Positions 8,801 to 16,342 are shown, numbered from the stretch's first letter. The stretch: DNA of 55,212 nt from Candidatus Parcubacteria bacterium (GCA_023459655.1 JAEWTE010000040.1:1-55212), one strand, 5' to 3'. Translations and numbers: made by a program. The notes: generated by a model from the letters alone, not told the origin.

Positions 8801-9567
8801 GAAATATTGATTCTTATGTTGAATCGGGTACTGGAAGTATTGGTTTCTCTATCGTTGATGATTTTACTACCTCTGGTGGTCAAACCGCTCATTATGGTTT
8901 GACTAGAAATTCTTTTGGTTTGAACACGATTGCTTTAAGTGGCTATGGTGGCTTAGGTTTATTTACTGGTGGTAGCGAAAGATTAATGATAAACACTACA
9001 GATTCTATAGGCGTAAATATTAAGTCAAGTAATGGCTCTATTAACTGGATGAATATTAAAAGTGTTTCTAATCTTATAACACTAACAGTTGGCGATGGTG
9101 GTGCTAATTCTAAGTTGGATGTTGGTACGGTTGATCCGATTTATACTATTGATGAGACAAGGTATGCTACTTATATGGCTGGTATGACTGGGGTTAAAGA
9201 AGAAACTAGTGGTGCGTTAGTTTTAGATAAGCAATCAGCTGGTTTGTTTATGGCTAAAATTGATTTTCAAAATAGTCCAGCTGGATCAGATATTTGGTTG
9301 TTTGGTCGAACTGCTAACTTGATTAATAATCAAAATCATTTTGATCAAACCGCTTGCTTATTGACACCTAATTTTGCTGGTCAAGCTTGGTATGAAAAGG
9401 ATTGGGCTAGTCGCTCGATTAATATTTTTGCCCGACCAGATAATGATAATCGGACTAGTATTGAGGTTTCCTATCGGTTGACTGCCCCACGGTTTGATAG
9501 TGAGAAATGGACTAATTATGGTGACAGTGAACACGAAGGTTTCAATCTAGATAAATTATTGAAATAA
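5803..9567 (+). CDS. Giant (1254 aa) surface protein: N-terminal EGF/furin-like Cys-rich module, 6 or more GN[VI]GIGT..P..KL.V.G repeats, conserved C-terminal domain
   Basis: Signal/TM region LFRLFIVLIIFKAPAVLA. About 24 Cys in the first ~130 mature residues. Repeats include NSGNVGIGTASPVTKLHVVGT, SSGNVGIGTTSPAYKLAVVGD and NNGNIGINRTNPTQKLHVKGN. The C-terminus is homologous to that of ORF 1-2114. Confidence 0.8.
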   Translation: MLKLKQSLARNLFRLFIVLIIFKAPAVLAVTCPTWFGGQLCDGGGKSWCYQNNITNGCQVETTCSPISNGTNTNNCLTNTCVIECNDGYIKCSSNCQIPLSKPANCSNHDSCTGACTVCSAGYELSGSTCVSAILKLGINSVSGSNVVQAATGALLYVNNTGVGIGTNNPSSSLHIIGHATLSEDLSMAAGKSIKLNNAANTILYIGNYHTGGFVFGSSQTASIHVEGDVRANQLCIKDDCKSAWSEIQGTNYWTASGNNISANNSGNVGIGTASPVTKLHVVGTIRTNLSGTGNRCLYVTENGDISAKAEDCGTSSGGDNLGDHAATQNIKLGNYWLSGDGGDEGIFVNSSGQVGIGTNAPSALLNIYSSSTGIISQIKLRNASTAINSGTAIDFVTNTNTTGKITNIYNGSSQSSLSFSTYYSSLAEAMRINSSGNVGIGTTSPAYKLAVVGDAYFSGPITVQNPTAAGHAVNRSYINGLEFAWTKLMDYPAACSAGQFISAIGDTLTCGTPASTAYTAGGGLTLTDSVFSVNTTVVRTTGTQTIGGAKTFSTTPLTLSAASAILSFSSTSGTKTISTGGTTDLNLNPGGNVGIGESAPNNKLTVNGTISATIFKNSALNNCSNGLIANSTGEINCRSTSFVTTDQYWTGTSTNLNAVTARSSLGLGALATLGAVSGGTGGTISDGTITNADINASAAIAASKIEHGSFFITSAGTSGQVWTSDGTGAGVWGAAAGSHNPLTLGDIGSSPNAEGASLDDQKLMLQPASANFGGVVTTGPQTFAGAKTFTVTINGNINTASALAADGANCSAGYYPLGIDASGNAQNCTVLPTGGTYSADGRGIELSGDMFSLKLDGTTLSKSELGLKVNAITNNQISASAGIVDTKLATITTANKVSGSAVQLASGGGLENSTGLKIIDGIYAKLAGVSGGQNLIGGTAANNTLTFQGNSAASGNTPTGINMSFKVGNSGGTNAMTILNNGNIGINRTNPTQKLHVKGNIDSYVESGTGSIGFSIVDDFTTSGGQTAHYGLTRNSFGLNTIALSGYGGLGLFTGGSERLMINTTDSIGVNIKSSNGSINWMNIKSVSNLITLTVGDGGANSKLDVGTVDPIYTIDETRYATYMAGMTGVKEETSGALVLDKQSAGLFMAKIDFQNSPAGSDIWLFGRTANLINNQNHFDQTACLLTPNFAGQAWYEKDWASRSINIFARPDNDNRTSIEVSYRLTAPRFDSEKWTNYGDSEHEGFNLDKLLK

Positions 9568-9568
9568 T

Positions 9569-10405
9569 ATGAAAAAATCAAAACTTTTTTCTGTTTATGT
9601 ATTAATTCATGCTATTGTTTTAGCTTTAGTTTTGGGTATGGGGGCGGCCGCTTTTTCAATGTATAGCGGCTTGATACTCTTAGAAACCCCAACTACAGCT
9701 GTTCAATCAGCTAATAGCCGAGCAGCACTTGTTGCTAAAATTGAAGCCGATAAAGAGAGGACTATTAAGTCTATTAAATCAGTAGTTGGCGGTTGTGAAA
9801 TGTGGGATTCAGACAATTATTATCGTATTAAGACTTGGGGAGCGGCAACCACTACTTATAATGGAGCAGTTAATACGGCTGACTGTTATTGTCCTAGTGG
9901 TTCAAATAGAGTTTTAATAAGAACCACTAATTCGTCAGTTGTTAATGTACACATCGCCGCTGATGAATGGCGTAGTCATTATTATTCGACTGGTAATCCG
10001 CCAATCTATCCTCTTTGCGCTCGAACAGCGACCACTAGTGGTCATCCTTTATTAGTATCCGGCAATACTTCTTGTTATAAATATTCATGTGCTCAATGTT
10101 GTTGTGATTGCGATAAGGCAATTGAAGAAGAAGATTTCTATAATAACCTCCAAAGCATGTCTTTTAATCATGAACTACAAAAATCTTCGATATTTAGTTA
10201 TATTTTGCGAAACTATCTTTCTCCTACGGCTTTAGCTGCTGAAGACAAGGCTAATGGCTGTGTTCTAATAGTGTTACATCCTTGGCCTAATGATTTGTAT
10301 GAACCAATTGCAACGACTAATAAGGCTTGGCTGTGTGTTAAAACAACTGTTAATGGTTGGGACAATAATTGGGGGTTACCACCGTCAGGGGGAACTCAAT
10401 ATTAA
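9569..10405 (+). CDS. Cys-rich membrane-anchored protein, paralog A (unknown family)
   Basis: Starts 1 nt after the stop of the giant gene. N-terminal TM helix. Shares motifs GGCEMWDS..YYRI..WG, CYCPSGSNRVLIRT, AAED..GC and WLCV.T with ORF 12245-13063. Confidence 0.65.
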   Translation: MKKSKLFSVYVLIHAIVLALVLGMGAAAFSMYSGLILLETPTTAVQSANSRAALVAKIEADKERTIKSIKSVVGGCEMWDSDNYYRIKTWGAATTTYNGAVNTADCYCPSGSNRVLIRTTNSSVVNVHIAADEWRSHYYSTGNPPIYPLCARTATTSGHPLLVSGNTSCYKYSCAQCCCDCDKAIEEEDFYNNLQSMSFNHELQKSSIFSYILRNYLSPTALAAEDKANGCVLIVLHPWPNDLYEPIATTNKAWLCVKTTVNGWDNNWGLPPSGGTQY

Positions 10406-10421
10406 TTTTAATTAAACCCAT

Positions 10422-10679
10422 ATGTTTAAATATATTGCTGTCTCCTTACTCACTATAGCTTTTCTTTTTGGTTTTTTATTGCAGGTTGGGGCATTTAGTG
10501 TCGAGCGAGGTGTTCTAAGTGATCCTAGCACGGCCTATCCAGCTGTTACTGGTGTAACTGATGATGCTATCTATAATGAATGGAAAACTAAAGATGATGC
10601 AGCGGTTTATAGAGGAGCATTATTAGATTATTTAGAAGAAACCATATCAACCACCAGTATTTCTGGTTTTTGGCAATAA
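10422..10679 (+). CDS. Small secreted or membrane protein (85 aa)
   Basis: ATG start and a hydrophobic N-terminus (VSLLTIAFLFGFLLQVGA). No family recognised. Confidence 0.45.
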   Translation: MFKYIAVSLLTIAFLFGFLLQVGAFSVERGVLSDPSTAYPAVTGVTDDAIYNEWKTKDDAAVYRGALLDYLEETISTTSISGFWQ

Positions 10680-10681
10680 CC

Positions 10682-10710
10682 TTGACTTTTCATTGTTTTA
10701 GTGGTATAGT
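10682..10710 (+). promoter_or_regulatory. Sigma70-like promoter
   Basis: TTGACT (10682-10687), 17-nt spacer, TATAGT (10705-10710) preceded by TGg. Confidence 0.5.
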
Positions 10711-10796
10711 TTAAGCTTGAATAATCTGAGTATAATTGAAATTGCTTGGACTTTAAAAAATCAATAATAAAAACCAAAAGCACGGGAGGTGCTAAA

Positions 10797-12134
10797 ATGA
10801 AAAAGATATTAATTCTTCTGGCCTTAGTGGTTACTCTCCAGCTTTTGGTTGGAGAGGTCAACTGGGAATTGCAGTATACGGCTAGCTTAGAGCAGTTACA
10901 AATGCTCAGACACTCAGCTGGTCAAATTTATGGAGTTGGATGGAAATGTTTTGTGAAATCTATAGATGGTTTAAATTTCCAAAATGTTGTTGTTGACGAT
11001 ATTGACTCGCTTTATTTGGAATCAGCTCACATGGTTACTCCGTTAGTGGGCTATTGTGGCGGATCAATCTGGTACCCGGCCAATCCTGATTTGAGTCGAC
11101 CGGTTCTGTACAAAACCACCAATGGTGGTCAAACTTGGACCCGGACCTATCAATTTGAAGACTACACAAGTCGTCAGTGGCTGAAGCATATCCAGTTTGT
11201 TTCTGAAACAGAAGGTTATATTGTAATTGAGCCGTTTAATGTTTTCGGTGAGCATCTGAAGATTTACCGAACTACTAATGGTGGTCAAAATTGGAACTTA
11301 GTTTTTGGCATATATGGTTCTTATATGGCGGCCGATTTTAGATCGAACCTCATGATTTTAGCTAAATCTAATCCTCAGGGTAAAGGCGTTCTAGTTAGTA
11401 CTGATGGCTTAAATTGGGAGTTTCATCAAGATGGTTTAACTTGGTCACCCTCCTCGGTTTTAGTGAGTAGTAATAGACTAGTTATTGGAGTTTCCACTTA
11501 TCTTTATTCAGATGACTTAGGAAATAGCTGGTCAGAGGCAGATACTACTGGACTGGGTGGTGATTTTGGAATGTTAGGTTCACTAACTGACTGTGTCATG
11601 AGCGTTCAAGATCAAAACATCTATGCTGTCGGTGCTACTTGGGATGGCAATAATACTCATCCTGGTATTATCCGTTCACTAAATAACGGAACCAGCTGGA
11701 ATTGGTTAGTTCAACCAGTCGATATGCCGGATCAAAGTGGTCAGACATATGGAATATGTTATTGGGGTGAATATTTATATATCGCTCATAGCGGTAAGAT
11801 TTATCGGTTAAATGTTGGTAATCCGGTAAATAATGATGACCCTGTAGCCCCTTCTCTCGATTTAAAACTTACCTGTTACCCTAATCCATTTAGAGGTAGC
11901 ACTAATATCAAAATCGAACAGACAGATAATAGCCCAACTACTATTACTGTCTATAATCTGCGCGGTCAACTGATTCGGACCGTAGTGAATAGTCAGAAAC
12001 TGTCACCAGGTGAACATTTGTTTACTTGGGATGGTAAAAATGATAACGGTCAACTAGCAGCGGCCGGAATCTATTTCTTTAAAATGAAATCAGGGTCATA
12101 TTCGGCTACGCGGAAGATGATTTTGATGAAATAA
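10797..12134 (+). CDS. BNR/Asp-box (sortilin/Ycf48-like beta-propeller) protein with T9SS-type (Por_Secre_tail / FlgD-Ig-like) C-terminal sorting domain
   Basis: Strong SD GGGAGGTG (10784-10791) 5 nt before ATG 10797. Signal peptide MKKILILLALVVTLQLLVG. Asp-box-like repeats TTNGGQTWT, TTNGGQNWN, STDGLNWE, SDDLGNSWS, LNNGTSWN. C-terminus YPNPFRGSTNIKI...ITVYNLRGQLIRTV...GEHLFTWDGKNDNGQLAAAGIYFFKMKSG..SATRKMILMK. Confidence 0.75.
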   Translation: MKKILILLALVVTLQLLVGEVNWELQYTASLEQLQMLRHSAGQIYGVGWKCFVKSIDGLNFQNVVVDDIDSLYLESAHMVTPLVGYCGGSIWYPANPDLSRPVLYKTTNGGQTWTRTYQFEDYTSRQWLKHIQFVSETEGYIVIEPFNVFGEHLKIYRTTNGGQNWNLVFGIYGSYMAADFRSNLMILAKSNPQGKGVLVSTDGLNWEFHQDGLTWSPSSVLVSSNRLVIGVSTYLYSDDLGNSWSEADTTGLGGDFGMLGSLTDCVMSVQDQNIYAVGATWDGNNTHPGIIRSLNNGTSWNWLVQPVDMPDQSGQTYGICYWGEYLYIAHSGKIYRLNVGNPVNNDDPVAPSLDLKLTCYPNPFRGSTNIKIEQTDNSPTTITVYNLRGQLIRTVVNSQKLSPGEHLFTWDGKNDNGQLAAAGIYFFKMKSGSYSATRKMILMK

Positions 12135-12145
12135 TAAACCAACGA

Positions 12146-12180
12146 CCGACAACAGAGTAATCTGCTGTCGGTTTTCTTTT
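12146..12180 (+). terminator. Rho-independent terminator
   Basis: ccgacaacag / agtaat / ctgctgtcgg (one mismatch), followed by ttttcttttt. Confidence 0.7.
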
Positions 12181-12244
12181 TGATGGTTTTTTATTTTTAT
12201 CAAAAGTGGTATAATGTTAATATATTTTTTATTTGAATAAAATT

Positions 12245-13063
12245 ATGGGCAAAAAATTTATTAAGTATTATGTGGTTGGCCATTTGGTTTTATTATCTTT
12301 AATTGGTGGTTGGTCAGCTTGGTCGTTTACAGTTATAAGCGGTGGTGGTATTGCTATCTCCACTCCTGCTTCCGATCCAAGAGCAATAGTTGGTAATAAT
12401 ACCATCAATTCTTTTATTGCTGCAGCTACTTCTTCGGCCTATCTAAGACAAGCCAAAAGAATCGCTGGTGGTTGTGAAATGTGGGAATCGACTGATTTTT
12501 TTCGAATTGATCGTTGGGGAATGGCCACTTCTTCGCCTAATCCAGTTTCTAGTATGACCTGTAATTGCCCAGCTGGTTTTACTAAAGTACAGATTAGAAC
12601 TAGAACAGAAAATATTAAAAGTTTTTCCAGTGGTAATTGGTATAATCGTTTTAGTAGTTGGAGTGGTAATCATAATGAACCAGTTGTTTGCGGAGCAGTT
12701 AATTCAACAGCAGCCCATGTATCAGTTAATAGTTGTATTTATCGGAGTATTGGTGGGGCTGGTTATAATAAATTTTGTTTTAAAACTTTATGTAATCAAG
12801 GCTGCGGTTGTAGCAGTTTGAAACAATGCGATGATCAGCAAGTAATTTCTCGTCATGATAATTTTTTTGATTTTGTTTTTAAAATAAAACCGGTTATGGC
12901 GGCTGAAGATGGTTGTATTATTGGTGGTGGAACTGCTTCTGGTTGTGGTTTGGTTATGATGTGTCAATATAACGATTTAGCTGTTGAACAACCAACTGAT
13001 GTCACCACCTGGCTATGTGTTAACACTGGCACCAATTCTCTTACGGGCTGGTTAGCTGATTAA
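12245..13063 (+). CDS. Cys-rich membrane-anchored protein, paralog B (unknown family)
   Basis: TGgTATAAT at 12207-12215 upstream. ATG at 12245, with an in-frame TTG at 12233 as an alternative start. Motifs GGCEMWEST.FFRI.RWG, CNCPAGFTKVQIRT, AAEDGC and WLCVNT are shared with 9569-10405. Confidence 0.65.
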   Translation: MGKKFIKYYVVGHLVLLSLIGGWSAWSFTVISGGGIAISTPASDPRAIVGNNTINSFIAAATSSAYLRQAKRIAGGCEMWESTDFFRIDRWGMATSSPNPVSSMTCNCPAGFTKVQIRTRTENIKSFSSGNWYNRFSSWSGNHNEPVVCGAVNSTAAHVSVNSCIYRSIGGAGYNKFCFKTLCNQGCGCSSLKQCDDQQVISRHDNFFDFVFKIKPVMAAEDGCIIGGGTASGCGLVMMCQYNDLAVEQPTDVTTWLCVNTGTNSLTGWLAD

Positions 13064-13082
13064 TTTTTTATAACTTTTATTT

Positions 13083-13643
13083 ATGTGGAAAAAAATTATT
13101 ATTTATTGTTTTATCTCGTTTATTTTTGGTTTTGCCATAGCTACTTGGATTTTTCCGCCGACTAAAATTGATCAGCCAACCAACCAACAACCATTGGTTG
13201 AGACTAGCCCAATTATTAATATAGATGGAGCTACTATTGTTGCGCCAGGGACTAGTCCCATTAAAGATGGGGTGGTTATTAATGATTTAAGTCAGTCAGC
13301 GGATAATAGTGCGCCAGAATATTCAGCTGAGGCTCCTAAATTAAGTAAGAATATTCCTCAAGAACAACTTCCTCAAGATGGTATCCAAATTAATATTAGT
13401 CGTGATGGTTTTTCACCAAATGAATTTAAAGTTAAAGCCGGGGAGCCAGTGATAATAAAAATTTCAGCCGTGGATCAATGGGCTCATATTTTGGTTTTTG
13501 AAGATAAGGATTTACAAGGATTGACTATGGGTCTGTATGGTGGAGAAAATCGGGTCATGGCTTTTAATGCTCCCAATGAAACTGGAGAATATTTTTTCCG
13601 TAATGATATTTTTGGCAGTCAAGGCAAAATGATTGTTGAATAA
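13083..13643 (+). CDS. Membrane-anchored cupredoxin-fold protein, degenerate (copper ligands lost)
   Basis: Paralog of 2196-2810 (FKVKAGEPVIIKI...WAHILVF...GEYFFRNDIFGSQGKMIV). The Cys and second His of the HCDVPGH site are replaced (RNDIFGS). Confidence 0.65.
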   Translation: MWKKIIIYCFISFIFGFAIATWIFPPTKIDQPTNQQPLVETSPIINIDGATIVAPGTSPIKDGVVINDLSQSADNSAPEYSAEAPKLSKNIPQEQLPQDGIQINISRDGFSPNEFKVKAGEPVIIKISAVDQWAHILVFEDKDLQGLTMGLYGGENRVMAFNAPNETGEYFFRNDIFGSQGKMIVE

Positions 13644-13649
13644 TAATCT

Positions 13650-14720
13650 ATGTCAATCAAAATTAATAACCCAATTCGCATTAGTATTACCACTGCCACC
13701 ATTGTTAAGGCAATGGCTATTTTGCTCTTGCTTTATTTAGCTTTTCTAGTCAAAGAAATTTTAGCCCTGATGTTTGTAGCTCTGGTTTTTGCTAGTGCTT
13801 TTGATCCGTGGGTGGATTTCTTGCAGCGTCGTAAATGGCCACGAGTTTTAAGTATTACCTTGATTTATCTAGTGGTACTTGGACTAATTACGGCGATGAT
13901 CTATATGATGGTGCCGGTTATTGTTAAAGAAGCGACTGATCTGGCGGCTAGTTTTCCTTATTATTTTGATAAATTATCTGATTTATTTAATAGTTTACGT
14001 CAAACTTTCGGTCATTATGGTTTGGCCGATAACTTTCAAAGCAATTTAGATAATTTAGCCGGAACCTTATCCGGTTGGACACTGCAATTGGTCAACGCTA
14101 TTTATGGAGCATTTAATGGTTTATTCTCAGTTTTTCTGATCATGGTCTTGACTTTTTACATGGTGGTTGAGGAAAATGCCATTAAAAAAACCGTCTGGTC
14201 GTTGACCCCAGCTCGTAGTCAGGCCTATGCTTTAAATTTAGTTGGTCGGATGCAGTTACAAATTGGCTATTGGCTTCGAGGGCAACTAATTCTTTGTTTG
14301 GTTATTTTTCTATTGACCTTTTTAGGTCTGTCGATCTTGGGGGTTCGTTACGCCCTATTATTAGCCCTATTTGCTGGCCTAACTGAGGCCATACCTTATC
14401 TTGGTCCAGTATTAGGGGCTATTCCAGCAATTTTATTAGCCTTAACCCAATCTCCTCGATTAGCTATAGTTGTGGTAATTATGTATTTAATCATACAACA
14501 ATTAGAAAATAATATCCTAGTGCCGCAAATTATGAAACGAGCAGCCAATGTTAATCCAATTACCAGTATTATTGTTCTATTAATTGGCTATAAAATAGCC
14601 GGAGTGGCTGGGGCAGTGATTGCTATTCCAGTCGCCACGGCGGTTAGTGTTGGTATTAAAGATTTGTTTAATTTTAAAGAAAAGAAAGAATTACAGGCCA
14701 GCAAAGTGGCTGTTAAATAA
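13650..14720 (+). CDS. AI-2E family transporter (PerM/UPF0118-like permease)
   Basis: About 8 TM segments, size and pattern typical of the family (...AGLTEAIPYLGPVLGAIPA...ENNILVPQIM). Confidence 0.7.
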   Translation: MSIKINNPIRISITTATIVKAMAILLLLYLAFLVKEILALMFVALVFASAFDPWVDFLQRRKWPRVLSITLIYLVVLGLITAMIYMMVPVIVKEATDLAASFPYYFDKLSDLFNSLRQTFGHYGLADNFQSNLDNLAGTLSGWTLQLVNAIYGAFNGLFSVFLIMVLTFYMVVEENAIKKTVWSLTPARSQAYALNLVGRMQLQIGYWLRGQLILCLVIFLLTFLGLSILGVRYALLLALFAGLTEAIPYLGPVLGAIPAILLALTQSPRLAIVVVIMYLIIQQLENNILVPQIMKRAANVNPITSIIVLLIGYKIAGVAGAVIAIPVATAVSVGIKDLFNFKEKKELQASKVAVK

Positions 14721-14728
14721 TTTAGCCT

Positions 14729-15718
14729 ATGCAGACGATATTAACCGGTGATCGACCAACTGGCCAATTGCATATCGGCCATCTTTTTGGTTCATTACTG
14801 AATCGGGTTAAATTGCAAAACGATTATGATACTTATGTTATGGTCGCCGATGTTCAGGCTCTGACCGATAACTTTAATCATCCCGACAAGGTTCGGGATA
14901 ATGTTTATGAGGTGGTTTTAGATAATTTAGCAGCTGGTCTCAATCCCGATCAAGCAATAATTTTTATCCAATCACTGGTGCCGGAAATTGCTGAACTAAC
15001 TGTCTTTTTTTCTAATCTAGTAACACTGGCCCGATTAGAACGTAATCCAACAGTTAAGACTGAATTAGAACAGAAAAAAGATCTATTTAAGGGTGGCGTC
15101 ACCTATGGTTTTTTGGGCTATCCAATTAGCCAGGCGGCTGACATTTTAACCTTCCAAGCCGATTTGGTGCCAGTTGGTCAAGATCAGGAACCAATGCTGG
15201 AACAAACCCGAGAGATTGCCCGTAAATTTAATCATATTTATGGTCAAACCTTTCCTGAGCCAAGAGCTTTGCTTGGTGATTTTCCTCGACTGTCAGGACT
15301 GGATGGTAATGCCAAGATGAGCAAGAGTTTGGGTAATGCTATCTATATTGCCGATGAACCAGTAATTATTGAAAAAAAGATTAAAGCTGCTAAGACTGAT
15401 CCGCAGAAGATTCGTAAAAATGATCCGGGCCGTCCAGAGATTTGTCCAGTTTTTGGCTATCAGCAGATTTTTAACGCGGTTGAGGCCAAAAATATTGCTA
15501 AAGATTGTCAATCTGGTCGCCTAGGTTGTGCTGATTGTAAGCGTAATCTGGCCACTAAAATGATTGCTTATTTAGCCCCACTCCAAGAACGGCGGCGTGC
15601 CTATGCCAGCGATATGCCCAAGGTTCGCGATATTGTTCGTGATGGCACCTCTAAGGCTAATCATCGGGCTCGTCAGACTATGGCTGAGGTCAGAGAGAAG
15701 ATGAAGATTGATTATTAG
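14729..15718 (+). CDS. trpS: Tryptophan--tRNA ligase
   Basis: TGDRPTGQLHIGHLFG (HIGH), VPVGQDQEPMLE, KMSKSLGN (KMSKS). Confidence 0.92.
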   Translation: MQTILTGDRPTGQLHIGHLFGSLLNRVKLQNDYDTYVMVADVQALTDNFNHPDKVRDNVYEVVLDNLAAGLNPDQAIIFIQSLVPEIAELTVFFSNLVTLARLERNPTVKTELEQKKDLFKGGVTYGFLGYPISQAADILTFQADLVPVGQDQEPMLEQTREIARKFNHIYGQTFPEPRALLGDFPRLSGLDGNAKMSKSLGNAIYIADEPVIIEKKIKAAKTDPQKIRKNDPGRPEICPVFGYQQIFNAVEAKNIAKDCQSGRLGCADCKRNLATKMIAYLAPLQERRRAYASDMPKVRDIVRDGTSKANHRARQTMAEVREKMKIDY

Positions 15719-15719
15719 G

Positions 15720-15965
15720 TTATAGTTCTCTTTTTATCTCTTCCCAACTAATTCCTGATATTTTTTCTATTTCTTTTAATAAATAAAGCAAAACAACTTT
15801 GTTTAAGTGCTTTGGAATAGTGATTAATTTTTGGTTTATCTGATAAGTCGCCTTATAGTGGCTGCCCTTGCCGCCAGTTTTGTTAATTGTAAAGCCGATT
15901 TTTTCTAAAGCTGCAGCTAATTTTCTTTGCGGTAAAGTGTCAGGCAAATACTTAAGCGATAGCAT
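15720..15965 (-). CDS. hicA: HicA-like (YcfA family) toxin, putative mRNA interferase
   Basis: LAAALEKIGFTINKTGGKGSHYKATY...ITIPKH fits the HicA pattern (..L...GF....kGSH......P.H). I take Met at 15965 as the start; the track's longer ORF overlaps the upstream gene. Confidence 0.55.
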   Translation of the reverse strand: MLSLKYLPDTLPQRKLAAALEKIGFTINKTGGKGSHYKATYQINQKLITIPKHLNKVVLLYLLKEIEKISGISWEEIKREL

Positions 15966-16275
15966 ATTCCCTTTTCTTTTCGCCAATCTGGCGTAAGCCA
16001 GTTTCTTTGGCGTAAGCGGAGGGAATTTCAAAAGAGGTCAAGATAGCATCTTTGATATTATTATCTAATTCATTGGCATTTTTTCCTGAGGTGATGATAG
16101 AGCCGTAGATAAAATTACTACTAACAACGACTATTAGGCCATTTTTGCGGTGTTGATCAAATTTAATCGGGCCATTATTTTTAAAATAGCTATGCATTTC
16201 TATTAGTCCAGCCGGCATGCTTCGGCCAGATGTTACTCTGGTGGCTAAATCTTTAGCCTGCTTAATAATTGACAT
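15952..16275 (-). CDS. hicB: HicB-like antitoxin candidate
   Basis: Small acidic protein that overlaps the hicA-like start by 14 nt. The segment GSIITSGKNANELDNNIKDAILTSFEIP resembles the HicB N-terminal domain pattern (G.t.eE...ni.dAi). Confidence 0.45.
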   Translation of the reverse strand: MSIIKQAKDLATRVTSGRSMPAGLIEMHSYFKNNGPIKFDQHRKNGLIVVVSSNFIYGSIITSGKNANELDNNIKDAILTSFEIPSAYAKETGLRQIGEKKREYAIA

Positions 16276-16342
16276 ATTTTCTTTGGCGGGAGGATAGTAA
16301 TGTAGATATTATAAAGCCTTTGTTAGTAAAAATAAATAGCCG

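Noticed and set aside
1-9567. Prophage or phage tail-fibre module
   Set aside because: The GNVGIGT...KL.V.G motifs are tail-fibre-like. However, no capsid, portal, terminase, tail-tube, baseplate, lysis or integrase genes and no att-like repeats are present. All proteins carry cellular signal peptides or TM anchors.
10628-10861. Minus-strand ORF spanning the 10680-10796 intergenic region
   Set aside because: It overlaps the ends of two plus-strand genes and a plus-strand promoter and SD. It has no signals of its own, and its product is low complexity.
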